A DNA stretch of 64,000 nucleotides from the NCBI GenBank assembly GCA_964539665.1, contig CAZIKB010000020.1, forward strand, positions 526 to 64,525, given 5' to 3'. This DNA comes from an uncultured Cytophagia bacterium. Lineage in GTDB: Bacteria; Zhuqueibacterota; Zhuqueibacteria; Oceanimicrobiales; Oceanimicrobiaceae. The notes under the pieces were generated by a model. It had not been told where the DNA came from. It did not search any database and worked only from the letters and a program-made list of their open reading frames with translations. Shown here piece after piece: positions 9,804 through 20,164 of this stretch. Position numbers and translations under genes: made by a program. Numbering within the stretch: position 1 is the first letter of the stretch; each line of letters begins with the position of its first letter.

Positions 9804-9819
9804 ATGCAAATATTTGCAT
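9804..9819. promoter_or_regulatory. perfect 16-bp palindrome ATGCAAATATTTGCAT ~175 bp upstream of the SusC-like gene; candidate operator
   Basis: Read from the sequence. A TAAATTTG (TAnnTTTG-like -7 element) sits at 9904-9911. Confidence 0.3.
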
Positions 9820-9994
9820 ACGTGTTCTCTTTAGCCACTTGCTATAACTTCCGTTAACCTTTGTTTATTTAATGGTTAAAAGAAAGTACACTGAGTACGG
9901 CATTAAATTTGCACAAGAAATCACACTTACAAATAATTTTAATTCATCCAACTAATTCAGTTGAACATTACTCATACAAACGGAGGAGCAAGTT

Positions 9995-12900
9995 ATGAGA
10001 AAAATTTCTTTAATTCTTCTTTTCAGTTGTTGTTTAATCTTGATTCCATATTTACTTTTGGCACAGGACGGAGCAACTATCTCTGGAAAAGTGACGGATG
10101 TGGAAGGCGAGCCATTACCTGGCGCCAATGTCCTAATCCAATTAACCAATCTGGGTGCGGCTACTGACATTAATGGCGACTACAGTTTCACCGTACCTGC
10201 CAGTGCGGTCAGAGGCCAGGAAGTAAAACTCGAAGCCAGATTTATTGGCTATCGCACTAAAGTTGAAAAAATCACGTTATCACCCGGAGTCAACATTGTG
10301 GAGTTCGCACTCCCTATCGATGCACTGGAAATGGATGCTATCGTTGTTACGGGCGTGGTTGAAGAAACCCCTAGAGTGAAATTGGCTTTTTCGGTTGGAA
10401 TTGTTAGTGCAGAAGCTCTTGAACAGGTAACGGCAATCTCTGCTGAATCCGCTCTGCGTGGTAAAGTAGCGGGTGTGAAGATTGTTAGAGGAAGTGGTAA
10501 ACCGGGAACCGACGCTTCGGTATTGTTAAGAGCTGCCACCAGCATTAATGCTAACGATCGATCCCAGGATCCACTTTATATTGTCGATGGCGTCATTATT
10601 GATCCTTCAGTTTCTGGCAGCCCGCTGTCTGACATCAACACCGAGGATATCGCGAATATAGAAGTGGTCAAAGGCGCAGCCGGGGCTTCGTTGTATGGAT
10701 CTCGTGCAGCAAATGGCGTGGTCAATATCACCACGAATCGAGGCAAAGGCCTGGCTTTGAATCAAACCAGAATCAGAGTCCGTAATGAATATGGCTTTAA
10801 TAAACTCCGTAAAGACTATCCTTTGAGGAAGTCCCACCATTACAGGATTCATGAAGGCACCGGCAACTATACCGACGAAAACGGTATAACGGTTACCTCC
10901 GGCGACTTTATTGATGGTAAGGGCAACTTTGTCGATCCGCGGCAATCAGGCAAACGTGTTCTGGACCGGTATACAGATAACTGGGATCCAGATAATCCGG
11001 ACGAACAAAATATATCTCAAATGGCTTTCGCCGATAAGCCCTATAAGTGGGTTGCCACAGGAGACATCGTTCTGGTCGATGACCCGAACGACGCGCGCTA
11101 TCTTCTTCCCAAATTAGGTTCAAGCGGTCAACCTGTGGGTTTACAACTCCTGCCGGGCGGCGAGCCTCTCAACCAAATACAGCAGTTTCACGAGCCCGGC
11201 ACCTTCATGCTGAATTCAGTGTCCCTTAGCAGGAACATGGAAAACACCAATTTCAGCATTGCTTTAAGCAATCGCCGAGAGGACGGTGTCATCGCCGGGC
11301 TGAAGGGCTATGAGCGACAAACCATGCGTATCGCTGTAGACCATGCGTTTCGAAAAAACCTTAGCATCTCCATCAGCGGGTTCTTTAGCAACGTAGAACG
11401 GGACGATATTGAAGTCGGCGTGGGTTCCCCCTTCTTCGGTATGGTGTTTACAAGCGGGGACGTCGATCTGGGTGCGAGACATGTGGAAGCAGGAACGAAA
11501 ACGGTTTATTACAATCCCACCACCGGATACCCGGAAGGCATACCTTTAGACGTAGGAGGCGAGCTTTTCATCGTACCGGATCCAACTTCAGAAAGACAAA
11601 ATGCTATCTACGCTCCCCAGGAGCAGCTCCGGAAACGAGAACAAACCCGGCTCATGGGCGGCGTTTCCCTGGACTATCGACCCGTTGACTGGTTCAAAGT
11701 AGGCGGTAACTTCAGCTATGATCGTTCAAACCGAGAGTACAATCGTTTCTATCATGTAGGTTACCAGACTGCGTATGAATCCGAACTTATCCTGGGTAGA
11801 TATATAAAATACCCTGCATGGGATGAAGCCATAAACGCTAACGTCACGGCTTCTTTCCAAAAATCTTTCCTAAGCAACGAGCTCACCATAAGGTCGAAAG
11901 TGAGAGCCCTGATCGAGAGGGCGGATTTACAAAATACTTATGCAGAAGGTACCGACCTTGCCGTCCGCGGTGTCCAGGATTTGAACGTTGCTAATAGTAA
12001 TATGTTAGACATCAATTCCAATGTACAGGCAGTGCGGTCAGAAGGTTATTCCTTAATCACCGGCCTCGACTATAAGGATAGATATATTGCAGATTTCCTG
12101 GTACGTCGGGATGGCAGTTCGTTGTTCGGTCCTGACGAAAGATGGAAAACCTACTATCGTGTAAGCGGCGCTTACCGTCTGTCCCAGGAATCGTGGTGGT
12201 TCACCGATCAAATACAGGAATTTAAGCTTCGCGGTTCTTTTGGCACAGCGGGCGGTCGTCCCAGCTTTCTTGCTCGCTATGAAACCTGGAGTGTATCGGA
12301 TGGCGCTGTTTCAAAAAACAGGCTCGGTAACAAGGCGCTGAAACCCGAGTATGCCAAAGAGCTGGAACTTGGCGTGGATATGGCTTTTATGGATAAGTTT
12401 TCGTTAGAGCTTACCTACGCTAAAAGCGAAGTTGAGGATCAATTGCTTGATGTGCCTTTAGTTTCCTACTTTGGTTATTCATCTCAGTGGCAAAACGCCG
12501 GCACTTTGTCAACAAATACCTTCGAGCTCAACTTGCAGGCTGCACTCATCCGCAAGAGAGACACGGCTTTGTCATTAGGCTTTATCCTCGACCGGACTCG
12601 TCAAAAAGTGACCAAATTAGATTTGGCTCCTTACAACTGGGCCCCTAATGATTCGCAAGGAGCGAGCGTATTTCGGATCCAGGAAGGATTAGCATACGGC
12701 GCGCTGTGGGGAAGCTCAAGTGTCATGAACAATGAGGAATTGTTCGAACAAATCGACAATGAGGCCGAATCTCAATTTCCTATCGATGAGTTTCAGCACA
12801 ACGACCGTGGTTTTTTGGTTTGGGTTGGTACTGGCAACACCTGGAGAGACGGTATCACTAAGAAATTGTGGGGTACCGAGACCGAGCTTCTTGTCGGTTT

Positions 12901-13501
12901 TGATGAAACAACCGGAGACTCTCTTTTTGAAAAATTTGAGTGGGGTATGCCCATTAATTGGGAAGATGAAGACGGCATAACCTCGAAACAGATAGGCAGC
13001 ACCATACCCGATTTCAACTGGAGCGCTTTTGCCAACTTTGAATGGAAAGGTTTTAGCGTTTATGGTCTGCTAGACTCACAAGTTGGCGGCGACCTTTACA
13101 GCCGGACAATCCAATGGGGCTACTCCGTAGAAATGAACCAGGCCGGAGCAGATATGACTGGGGTCGCTGATGCGCACAAAAAGCCCACGGTTTACTGGAA
13201 TCGAGAAAGCCAAACAGCCAATTTTATCTATGACGCCAGCTATATTAAACTGCGCGAGTTGTCGGTTAAATACAGCTTTAAGCAGGATCAGCTAAAAGGA
13301 ATTTTCGGCGGCCTGTTTAAGAAAGTCAGTGTGGGTATTATAGGTCGTAACTTGCTTACTTTTGACAACTATGATGAAGGTTACGATCCCGAGGTCGGCA
13401 CAACGGGCGATCAAGGCGGCTCGGCTGTGGTAACAAAAATTGATGCTTTTCGTTATCCGAACTTTAGAAGCTTCACCGGTATTCTTGAGTTCGAGCTTTA
13501 A
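9995..13501 (+). CDS. SusC/RagA-family TonB-dependent outer-membrane receptor (1168 aa)
   Basis: Signal peptide; carboxypeptidase-regulatory-like domain (ISGKVTDVEGEPLPGANV...DINGDYSF); TonB plug region (ALRGKVAGVKIV...LYIVDGV, NIEVVKGAAGASLYGSRAANGVVNITT); long beta-barrel. Confidence 0.9.
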   Translation: MRKISLILLFSCCLILIPYLLLAQDGATISGKVTDVEGEPLPGANVLIQLTNLGAATDINGDYSFTVPASAVRGQEVKLEARFIGYRTKVEKITLSPGVNIVEFALPIDALEMDAIVVTGVVEETPRVKLAFSVGIVSAEALEQVTAISAESALRGKVAGVKIVRGSGKPGTDASVLLRAATSINANDRSQDPLYIVDGVIIDPSVSGSPLSDINTEDIANIEVVKGAAGASLYGSRAANGVVNITTNRGKGLALNQTRIRVRNEYGFNKLRKDYPLRKSHHYRIHEGTGNYTDENGITVTSGDFIDGKGNFVDPRQSGKRVLDRYTDNWDPDNPDEQNISQMAFADKPYKWVATGDIVLVDDPNDARYLLPKLGSSGQPVGLQLLPGGEPLNQIQQFHEPGTFMLNSVSLSRNMENTNFSIALSNRREDGVIAGLKGYERQTMRIAVDHAFRKNLSISISGFFSNVERDDIEVGVGSPFFGMVFTSGDVDLGARHVEAGTKTVYYNPTTGYPEGIPLDVGGELFIVPDPTSERQNAIYAPQEQLRKREQTRLMGGVSLDYRPVDWFKVGGNFSYDRSNREYNRFYHVGYQTAYESELILGRYIKYPAWDEAINANVTASFQKSFLSNELTIRSKVRALIERADLQNTYAEGTDLAVRGVQDLNVANSNMLDINSNVQAVRSEGYSLITGLDYKDRYIADFLVRRDGSSLFGPDERWKTYYRVSGAYRLSQESWWFTDQIQEFKLRGSFGTAGGRPSFLARYETWSVSDGAVSKNRLGNKALKPEYAKELELGVDMAFMDKFSLELTYAKSEVEDQLLDVPLVSYFGYSSQWQNAGTLSTNTFELNLQAALIRKRDTALSLGFILDRTRQKVTKLDLAPYNWAPNDSQGASVFRIQEGLAYGALWGSSSVMNNEELFEQIDNEAESQFPIDEFQHNDRGFLVWVGTGNTWRDGITKKLWGTETELLVGFDETTGDSLFEKFEWGMPINWEDEDGITSKQIGSTIPDFNWSAFANFEWKGFSVYGLLDSQVGGDLYSRTIQWGYSVEMNQAGADMTGVADAHKKPTVYWNRESQTANFIYDASYIKLRELSVKYSFKQDQLKGIFGGLFKKVSVGIIGRNLLTFDNYDEGYDPEVGTTGDQGGSAVVTKIDAFRYPNFRSFTGILEFEL

Positions 13502-13587
13502 AAGAAACAGTCTAATTCTATGATTGTGCGGGCCTTTGTTTTGGCCCTCACAATCCTGAATTTCAACTACCAAAATATGGAGGAAAT

Positions 13588-15180
13588 ATGAATAAGTTAT
13601 TAAAAAGCAGTCTGGCCGTTTTGCTCATTGTAGCTGCGGCGTTATTAGGCTGTCAGAATATGGATGTAGATAACCTGAACCAACCGGATGAGGCTCGCGC
13701 TCTCGCCACACCAAGCGACATCGAGTCCTTGATCCAGGGTTCGTTTTTAGGCTGGCATGATGGAATTTGTAACGGAACGCCTAATATGTCTTTGGCAGTA
13801 ATGTCGGATACCTATACTTGCTCCTGGGGTAACTACAGTATGGCCGCCTTATCTGAGGAGCCGCGGACTGAGTTCCAAAATAAAACAGACGCTGGCGAGT
13901 CCAGCGTGGCCAGAATGCCCTGGTTCGATCTATATGGGGCTATCTCCGCTGCCGCTGACGGCATACGAGCTATTGAGGCCGGTACAGTGACTTTGGGCGA
14001 AGACAACCAACGCGCTATCGCATTTGGAAAATTTGTGCAAGGAATATCACACGGCTGGCATGCGTGCATGTTTGACCAGGGCTTCATTCTGGATGAAGAC
14101 GTAGATCTCGCCTCCGGGACTTTGGATTTTTTCCCTTACACCGAGGTTTTGGCCGCGGGAATAGCACAATTAGAGGAGTGCATCCAGATTTGCAATGCCA
14201 ACGACTTCACCCTGCCAATTGACTGGATCAACGGGTATGTGCACACCAGCGCTCAGTTAGCGCAGGTTGCCCATTCTTTTATCGCGGTCTTTATGGCTTC
14301 GGTGGCGCGTTCACCAGCAGAACGACAGGCTGTCGACTGGAACACGGTTCTGAGCCATATAGACCAGGGGATTACTGAGGAGTGGGGACCCGATGGTAAT
14401 GGCGGTGGTCGTGGTGATCCGTGGTGGCACGCGGTACAATGGTATTCAGCCGAATCAAATACCTGGAACCGCGTCGACTATAAACTGATCGGTTATACGG
14501 ATCCAGGTACGCAATTCAGTGACTGGCTTGCCTTAGCTCCCCCGGATCGGGATGAATTCATCTTTGAATCAAGCGACTTGCGTATCTGGGACGGAACCTA
14601 TGCTTCTACTGGCGACCAAAATCCCGGCAGCCAATTCAAACAGGTCTCTGAAACTCCCTACCATCGTTCCGGTCAACCTTATCATAAGACACGCTATTCG
14701 CATTATATTTATGATGAATACCGCTACGAAACTTCGGCAGGAAGTCAAGCACCGTTGCTTCGCCCAAGACAGATGGATTTAATGAAAGCTGAGGCTTACT
14801 TACATCTTGGCAGAGCAGCTGAAGCGCCGGCTCTTATAGATAAAACCCACGTTGTCAATGGCGGCTACCCCTCTTCGGCAAGCGCGCCTGTGGGGAGTAT
14901 AACTGATGGTCTCGATTATATCAAGCCTGGCGTCAGTCTTTGGTCCATTTTACAATACGAAAAGCACATTGAGTGTTTAGGCACGCTTCCCGGACTGGAA
15001 TACTTTGACAGGAGGGGCTTTGGTACCCTCCTCAGCCTGACCTTGCTGCATTTTCCAGTTCCAGCATTGGATTTGGAAACCCTGCAGTTGGGTCTTTACT
15101 CACACGGCGGTGGCGTAGGGAATTCAGCTCCAAAACGGATTCACAATGCTGACGATGATAAACTAAGGCCTGGAAATTAA
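13588..15180 (+). CDS. SusD/RagB-like nutrient-binding outer-membrane lipoprotein (530 aa)
   Basis: Lipoprotein signal (LLGCQN) and its position immediately downstream of the SusC-like gene. N-terminal region resembles SusD-like starts. Confidence 0.7.
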   Translation: MNKLLKSSLAVLLIVAAALLGCQNMDVDNLNQPDEARALATPSDIESLIQGSFLGWHDGICNGTPNMSLAVMSDTYTCSWGNYSMAALSEEPRTEFQNKTDAGESSVARMPWFDLYGAISAAADGIRAIEAGTVTLGEDNQRAIAFGKFVQGISHGWHACMFDQGFILDEDVDLASGTLDFFPYTEVLAAGIAQLEECIQICNANDFTLPIDWINGYVHTSAQLAQVAHSFIAVFMASVARSPAERQAVDWNTVLSHIDQGITEEWGPDGNGGGRGDPWWHAVQWYSAESNTWNRVDYKLIGYTDPGTQFSDWLALAPPDRDEFIFESSDLRIWDGTYASTGDQNPGSQFKQVSETPYHRSGQPYHKTRYSHYIYDEYRYETSAGSQAPLLRPRQMDLMKAEAYLHLGRAAEAPALIDKTHVVNGGYPSSASAPVGSITDGLDYIKPGVSLWSILQYEKHIECLGTLPGLEYFDRRGFGTLLSLTLLHFPVPALDLETLQLGLYSHGGGVGNSAPKRIHNADDDKLRPGN

Positions 15181-15214
15181 CTGACCAGATTTATCGTTAG
15201 TTCGTATTTTTCAG

Positions 15215-15245
15215 AAAGGCCATCATATATTTATGATGGCCTTTT
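15215..15245 (+). terminator. rho-independent terminator after the SusD-like gene
   Basis: aaaggccatcata-tatt-tatgatggccttt hairpin followed by a T-rich tract. Confidence 0.6.
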
Positions 15246-15349
15246 CATATTAATCTTGATTGTTAAAGTATCTTTGTTAAATAGTGATTGTCATTCCAGC
15301 GATCTTTTGTGCAGGCCTGTCCCTGTCCCGAACTCGTTTCGCATTGGCG

Positions 15350-15605
15350 TCAACCTAAGGTACAGTCCCCCTTAGCAAAGGGGGATTTAGGGGGTTGTAT
15401 TTAATCTTTATAACGAAATTGTTAATAATTTGTGTAATCGTAGCTTAACAGTAAACCTGAGTAAATGAATTACTATTTTATATTAGGCTTTTACAACCCC
15501 CTGTGTCCCCCTTTTTTAAGGGGGAATTGTAAAATATTGCTTAAGTTGACGCTAATGCAAACTTGTTTCGGGGAATCTCCTCTTTTCAGGCAGGAGATTC
15601 CTACT
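15350..15605. repeat. cluster of hairpins: two copies of TCCCCCTT-N4/6-AAGGGGGA, an outer GGGGTTGTA...TACAACCCC inverted repeat, and GGAATCTCCT-N10-AGGAGATTCC
   Basis: Inverted repeats read directly from the sequence in a 730-bp intergenic region. Confidence 0.5.
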
Positions 15606-15754
15606 AAAAATATGCAGGAATAACAAGAAAGGGCTGTTTTCAGTCAATCACTAAATAAGCAGCCTTGTAATAATTCGTGGGAATAAACAACGTAAATAAA
15701 CAGTTTAAATAACAGTGTTACACCGTTATCCAGTTTACTCAGCATTTGGCTAAG

Positions 15755-15875
15755 ATTGTCATTCTGAGCGACTGGAAGGAGCGAAGAATCTCATGCCATC
15801 AAGCTTGGGAAAAAGAATAAAGGATAGTGGTCATAGATTCTTCACTCGCTCTGCTCGTTCAGAATGACATTTTTC
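15755..15875. repeat. MITE/REP-like element: ~40-bp imperfect terminal inverted repeats (tgtcattctgagcga...gcgaagaatct / agattcttcactcgc...tcagaatgaca) flanking ~40 bp
   Basis: Read from the sequence. The GTCATTCTGAGCG...GCGAAGAATC motif resembles REP-like repeats. Confidence 0.45.
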
Positions 15876-15913
15876 AGAGTTGAGTGGATAACCGCTAACA
15901 GTAGGAAAATACA

Positions 15914-16393
15914 ATGGTTAAATCAATATTATTTCGATGCGTACTTTTATTTTTTCTAATGTTTTACATCGGTTGCGCCGGCTCCGGTTCGGGAACAAAC
16001 GACACGGGTAGAAGAAGCTACCATACTCAAATAGGCACGACCTATTACAATGAATTTTTTGGGGTTTCGCGAATGGTTCTTGTTAACAAATACCAGTACA
16101 ACGTAGTTCGCTCCGAAGAAAGTACGATGGAGATTTACTTCGAAACGGCATGGAAAGACCGGCCGGTATTTGCGGATGAAGCTGCGATGCAAATAACAGC
16201 GGCTCAAACCAAATTTATTGTTAGGGCAAAACCTCGCGCTACAGGCCGATTTAACATTCATTTGTATGCGGAAAATCAGGTTCGTTATATGGGTAGTACT
16301 CGATGGGAACCAGCTCTGATAAGTGATATGCTTAAGAACTACTTAGATGAAATTTCCGGTGAGTTACGATATGAGTTTAAACAGCTTTATTAA
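15914..16393 (+). CDS. hypothetical lipoprotein (159 aa)
   Basis: Signal peptide with lipobox FYIGCAG. It sits 13 bp upstream of the first CRTAC1-like gene. Confidence 0.55.
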   Translation: MVKSILFRCVLLFFLMFYIGCAGSGSGTNDTGRRSYHTQIGTTYYNEFFGVSRMVLVNKYQYNVVRSEESTMEIYFETAWKDRPVFADEAAMQITAAQTKFIVRAKPRATGRFNIHLYAENQVRYMGSTRWEPALISDMLKNYLDEISGELRYEFKQLY

Positions 16394-16405
16394 CCGATAT
16401 GGAAT

Positions 16406-19400
16406 ATGAAAAAGGTTGCTCTCGTCACATTTTTTATACTGGTCGTTTTAGGTGCCATCTTTTTCTGGCCTCAAAAAACAATTTCATGGCATGAGGAAAA
16501 CGGATTCAGATGGGCAGAATTCTCCATTTCTTGGTTTGGCAGCCACGGCTTCAAGCAGCTTTCTGAGTCTGAAACAGGAATCACCTTTTCCAACAATCTG
16601 ACCAGGGAACAAATTACCAGCAATCGGCACCTTCTTAATGGTTCCGGTGTTGCAGCCGGCGATGTCGATGCTGATGGATTGACTGACGTTTATTTTTGCC
16701 GGCTTAATGGTTCAAATATTCTGTACAAAAATCTTGGAAACTGGAAATTTGAAGATATCACTGCCGCTGCGGGAGTTGCGTGCCCGGAGCAATTCTCCAC
16801 CAGCGCTGTGCTTGCTGACATTGACGGAGATAGAGATCTTGATCTTCTGGTCATGACGTTGGGAGGCTCTAATTCTTGTTTTGTAAATGATGGTACAGGA
16901 AAATTTACAGATATCACGAAATCGACCGAACTTAAGTCAAATACAGGCGCTACTACAATGGCCCTTGCCGATATAGATGGCGATGGCGATCTTGACCTGT
17001 ATATAGCCAATTACAAAAAAAGTACTGTTAAAGATCAATTCTTACCGCACGATATAAGATTCGAACGTATTGTAAAGAAAGTTGGCAAAAGCTATGAAGT
17101 TGTGCCGGAGTTTCAAAAACATTATACTGTTAAGAATTTTAATGATAACATTCTTATGCGGTATGAATACGCGGAACCTGATATGCTTTATCTCAATGAT
17201 GGCAGAGGACATTTCAAAATGGTTTCTTTTACAGAGGGAAGATTCTTGAATGAAGCAGGAAAACCTGTGTCCGAGCCGAAAGACTGGGGACTGACCGTCC
17301 GATTCCAGGATATCGATGCAGACGGCGACCCGGATATTTACGTATGCAATGATTTTGAAAGTCCGGACCGAATCTGGATGAATGATGGTACCGGTAATTT
17401 TAAGGCGATCCCCAAACTGATGATTCGTAATACGAGCTGGGCGACTATGGCGATAGACTTTTCAGATATTGATCGTGACGGTGACCTGGATTTTTTGCTA
17501 TTAGATATGCTCAGTAGAAATCATCAGCAACGTAAAACTCAAACGTTAAGTATGGCGCCAGCGCCATTTGCCATTGGTGAAATTAGTAACCGTCCCCAGA
17601 ATTCGCGTAATACCCTTTTCGTGAACCGGGGGGATATGACCTATGCGGAAATTGCCCAGTTCAGCGGCGTTCAGGCCTCGGGATGGTCCTGGTCACCCAG
17701 ATTTCTTGATGTTGATCTTGACGGTTATGAAGACATCCTTATTTTAACCGGACACTTTTATGACGCCCTGGACTCGGATACCCTGGCTCGTATTAAAGCC
17801 ATGAGTTATCGAAATTTAGAAACATGGCGCAGTAAAATCTATAAGTTTCCGAGTCTTAAAACTCCAAATACTGCCTTTCGCAATCGGGGTGATTTAACCT
17901 TTGAGGACGTGGGGGAAGAGTGGGGATTCGCTTCGACAGATATCAGCCATGGTTTGGCAACAGGAGATTTTGATAACGACGGAGACCTGGATATTGTCAG
18001 CAACCGACTCGATGCTCCTGCGGGAGTGTACCGCAATGAATCAACTGCCCCGCGTCTTGCAGTCCGCTTACGTGGTCTTCCGCCAAACACCCAGGGAATT
18101 GGTGCAAAAATACAGGTGTTAGGTGGTCCGGTACCTCAAAGTAAAGAAGTCATTTGTGGGGGTACTTATCTTTCAAGTTCTGATCCTTTATATGTTTTTG
18201 CAGCAGGAAAAGTGAAAGATAACCTGCTCATTAAAGTAAAATGGCGTAATGGTCAGAGTAGTGTTATCGAAAATGTTAAAACCAACCGAATCTATGAAAT
18301 TTATGAAACTGGCGCTAATACAAATGACCATGCCCAACCGATCCCTGACTCTACTTCTAAACCATATTTTGAGGATGTTAGCTATTTAATCAAACATGTT
18401 CACCACGAGGACAAATATGATGATTTTCGAGTTCAACCTTTACTGCCAAAGAGATTAAGTCAGTTAGGCCCCGGAATCGCCTGGTACGATCTCGATGATG
18501 ATGGCGATGATGATTTAGTCATCGCCAGTGGCAAGGGGGGTACATTGGCCTGCTTTCGAAATAATGGCCAGGCTGGATTTCACCAAATTCAAGATCCCCT
18601 GTTGAATCCAAAAGCACAATACGATCAAACCACTGTGTTAGGCTGGACACCGGAAGATGGAGTAAGTTCCCTGTTAGTGGGGTGCTCCAATCTTGAAAAC
18701 TCCAGGCCAGGTGACTCATTTGTTCTGCGTTATGATTTTAAGCATGGCCTTGCCAGGACGAGCAAACAAATTGTGGGAGACATATCCAGTACCGGGCCTA
18801 TGTCAATGGCAGATTATGATGGCGATGGAGACCTGGATTTGTTCGTCGGCGGCCGCAGCATACCGGCGCGATATCCAGAACCAGCGTCATCAAAACTATA
18901 TTACAACGAGGACGGTGTTCTCAAACTTGATTCACTTAACAGTGTACAATTTAAAGAGCTTGGTTTAGTATCGGGAGCGGTATTTAGTGATTTTGATGGG
19001 GATGGTGATGCGGATCTTATACTGGCTGTCGAATGGGGGCCGGTGACGGTCTTTCGTAATGAAGATGGCGCTTTCGCCAATGCCACAACGGAGTTAGGCT
19101 TAGGTGAATATCAAGGCTGGTGGAGTGGTGTGACCACCGGTGACCTGAATGAGGATGGCAAACTCGATATCATCGCAACCAATTGGGGATTGAATAGTAA
19201 ATATCAAAATCGATATAATTATGAACACCCGTTGGAAATTTTCTACAGTGATTTTGATAATAACGGAACTGTTGATATGGTTGAAGCGTTCTTTGATAAT
19301 GACATGCAAAAATTGGTTCCAGAGCGCGGACTGCTTGGGATGTTAAAAGGAATGCCAAACATTCGCATACGTATGCCAAGCCACAATAAATACAGTAAAG

Positions 19401-20125
19401 CTAGTGTTCAGGAGATTATTGGGCCGAAGCTTTTACAAGCCGGAAACCTCAAAGCCAATACGCTCGCACACACTATCTTTTTAAATCGAGGCGAGCGATT
19501 CGAGGCTGTTGAAATGCCAGCAGAAGCACAGTTTTCAACGGCGTTTTATGTTGGCGTAGCTGATATTGATGGGGATGGTCACGAGGATGTTTTCATGAGT
19601 CAGAACTTTTTTGCTTTGCAGGTTGAGACGTCTCGGTCAGATGCAGGCAGGGGTCTTTGGTTAAAAGGAAATGGCAGTGGCAGCTTGACGCCAATTAGCG
19701 GGCAAGAATCCGGCATTGAGGTCTATGGGGAGCAGCGAGGAGCGGCGCTTGGCGATTATGACCGAGATGGCCGGGTTGATCTGGCTGTCTCCCAAAATGG
19801 CGCTTCAACAAAGCTCTATCATAATGTGGGCGCAAAACCGGGTTTGCGCATTCGACTTGCTGGCCCAAAAGGAAATCCCTTTGCTGTCGGAGCAACAATT
19901 CGGTTAGTCTATAAGGATGGTTATGGTCCTGCACGCGAGGTGCATTCAGGTTCCGGATACTGGTCGCAGGACTCCATGGTGCAAGTGATGGGATTTCGGG
20001 ATAATGCGAAAGGAGTCTGGGTACGCTGGCCTGGTGGAAAGATTACAAATGTCACGCTTCCTGAAGAAACAACCGATATAACAGTTGACTTTGAAGGCAG
20101 TTTAAAAGTCAATACTATAAAGTAA
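16406..20125 (+). CDS. CRTAC1-family secreted protein, double module (FG-GAP/VCBS repeats + ASPIC/UnbV, twice), 1239 aa, paralog 1
   Basis: Many Dx(D/N)GDGxxD calcium-binding FG-GAP motifs. Two ASPIC/UnbV segments (RLRGLPPNTQGIGAKIQVLGGPVPQSKEVICGGTYLSSSDP mid-protein and GLRIRLAGPKGNPFAVGATIRLVYKDGYGPAREVHSGSGYWSQDS at the C-terminus). Confidence 0.85.
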   Translation: MKKVALVTFFILVVLGAIFFWPQKTISWHEENGFRWAEFSISWFGSHGFKQLSESETGITFSNNLTREQITSNRHLLNGSGVAAGDVDADGLTDVYFCRLNGSNILYKNLGNWKFEDITAAAGVACPEQFSTSAVLADIDGDRDLDLLVMTLGGSNSCFVNDGTGKFTDITKSTELKSNTGATTMALADIDGDGDLDLYIANYKKSTVKDQFLPHDIRFERIVKKVGKSYEVVPEFQKHYTVKNFNDNILMRYEYAEPDMLYLNDGRGHFKMVSFTEGRFLNEAGKPVSEPKDWGLTVRFQDIDADGDPDIYVCNDFESPDRIWMNDGTGNFKAIPKLMIRNTSWATMAIDFSDIDRDGDLDFLLLDMLSRNHQQRKTQTLSMAPAPFAIGEISNRPQNSRNTLFVNRGDMTYAEIAQFSGVQASGWSWSPRFLDVDLDGYEDILILTGHFYDALDSDTLARIKAMSYRNLETWRSKIYKFPSLKTPNTAFRNRGDLTFEDVGEEWGFASTDISHGLATGDFDNDGDLDIVSNRLDAPAGVYRNESTAPRLAVRLRGLPPNTQGIGAKIQVLGGPVPQSKEVICGGTYLSSSDPLYVFAAGKVKDNLLIKVKWRNGQSSVIENVKTNRIYEIYETGANTNDHAQPIPDSTSKPYFEDVSYLIKHVHHEDKYDDFRVQPLLPKRLSQLGPGIAWYDLDDDGDDDLVIASGKGGTLACFRNNGQAGFHQIQDPLLNPKAQYDQTTVLGWTPEDGVSSLLVGCSNLENSRPGDSFVLRYDFKHGLARTSKQIVGDISSTGPMSMADYDGDGDLDLFVGGRSIPARYPEPASSKLYYNEDGVLKLDSLNSVQFKELGLVSGAVFSDFDGDGDADLILAVEWGPVTVFRNEDGAFANATTELGLGEYQGWWSGVTTGDLNEDGKLDIIATNWGLNSKYQNRYNYEHPLEIFYSDFDNNGTVDMVEAFFDNDMQKLVPERGLLGMLKGMPNIRIRMPSHNKYSKASVQEIIGPKLLQAGNLKANTLAHTIFLNRGERFEAVEMPAEAQFSTAFYVGVADIDGDGHEDVFMSQNFFALQVETSRSDAGRGLWLKGNGSGSLTPISGQESGIEVYGEQRGAALGDYDRDGRVDLAVSQNGASTKLYHNVGAKPGLRIRLAGPKGNPFAVGATIRLVYKDGYGPAREVHSGSGYWSQDSMVQVMGFRDNAKGVWVRWPGGKITNVTLPEETTDITVDFEGSLKVNTIK

Positions 20126-20164
20126 TATAAAAAATAGTAATAAAAGAAATAAGGAGATATAAAC

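Noticed and set aside
10249-10545. Numerous 60-110-aa ORFs on the strand opposite the large genes (e.g. 10249-10545, 16690-17010, 20914-21150, 25214-25411, 27455-27790, 31351-31683, 42129-42707, 43635-44129)
   Set aside because: They lie entirely inside long, well-supported ORFs with strong domain signatures on the other strand. They have no start context or recognisable motifs. They are likely antisense reading-frame artefacts.
13501-13588. Hairpin (gattgtgcgggcc-tttgtttt-ggccctcacaatc) between the SusC- and SusD-like genes as a terminator
   Set aside because: It is not followed by a T-tract and lies inside an obvious operon junction. More likely an mRNA-processing or attenuating structure, if functional at all.
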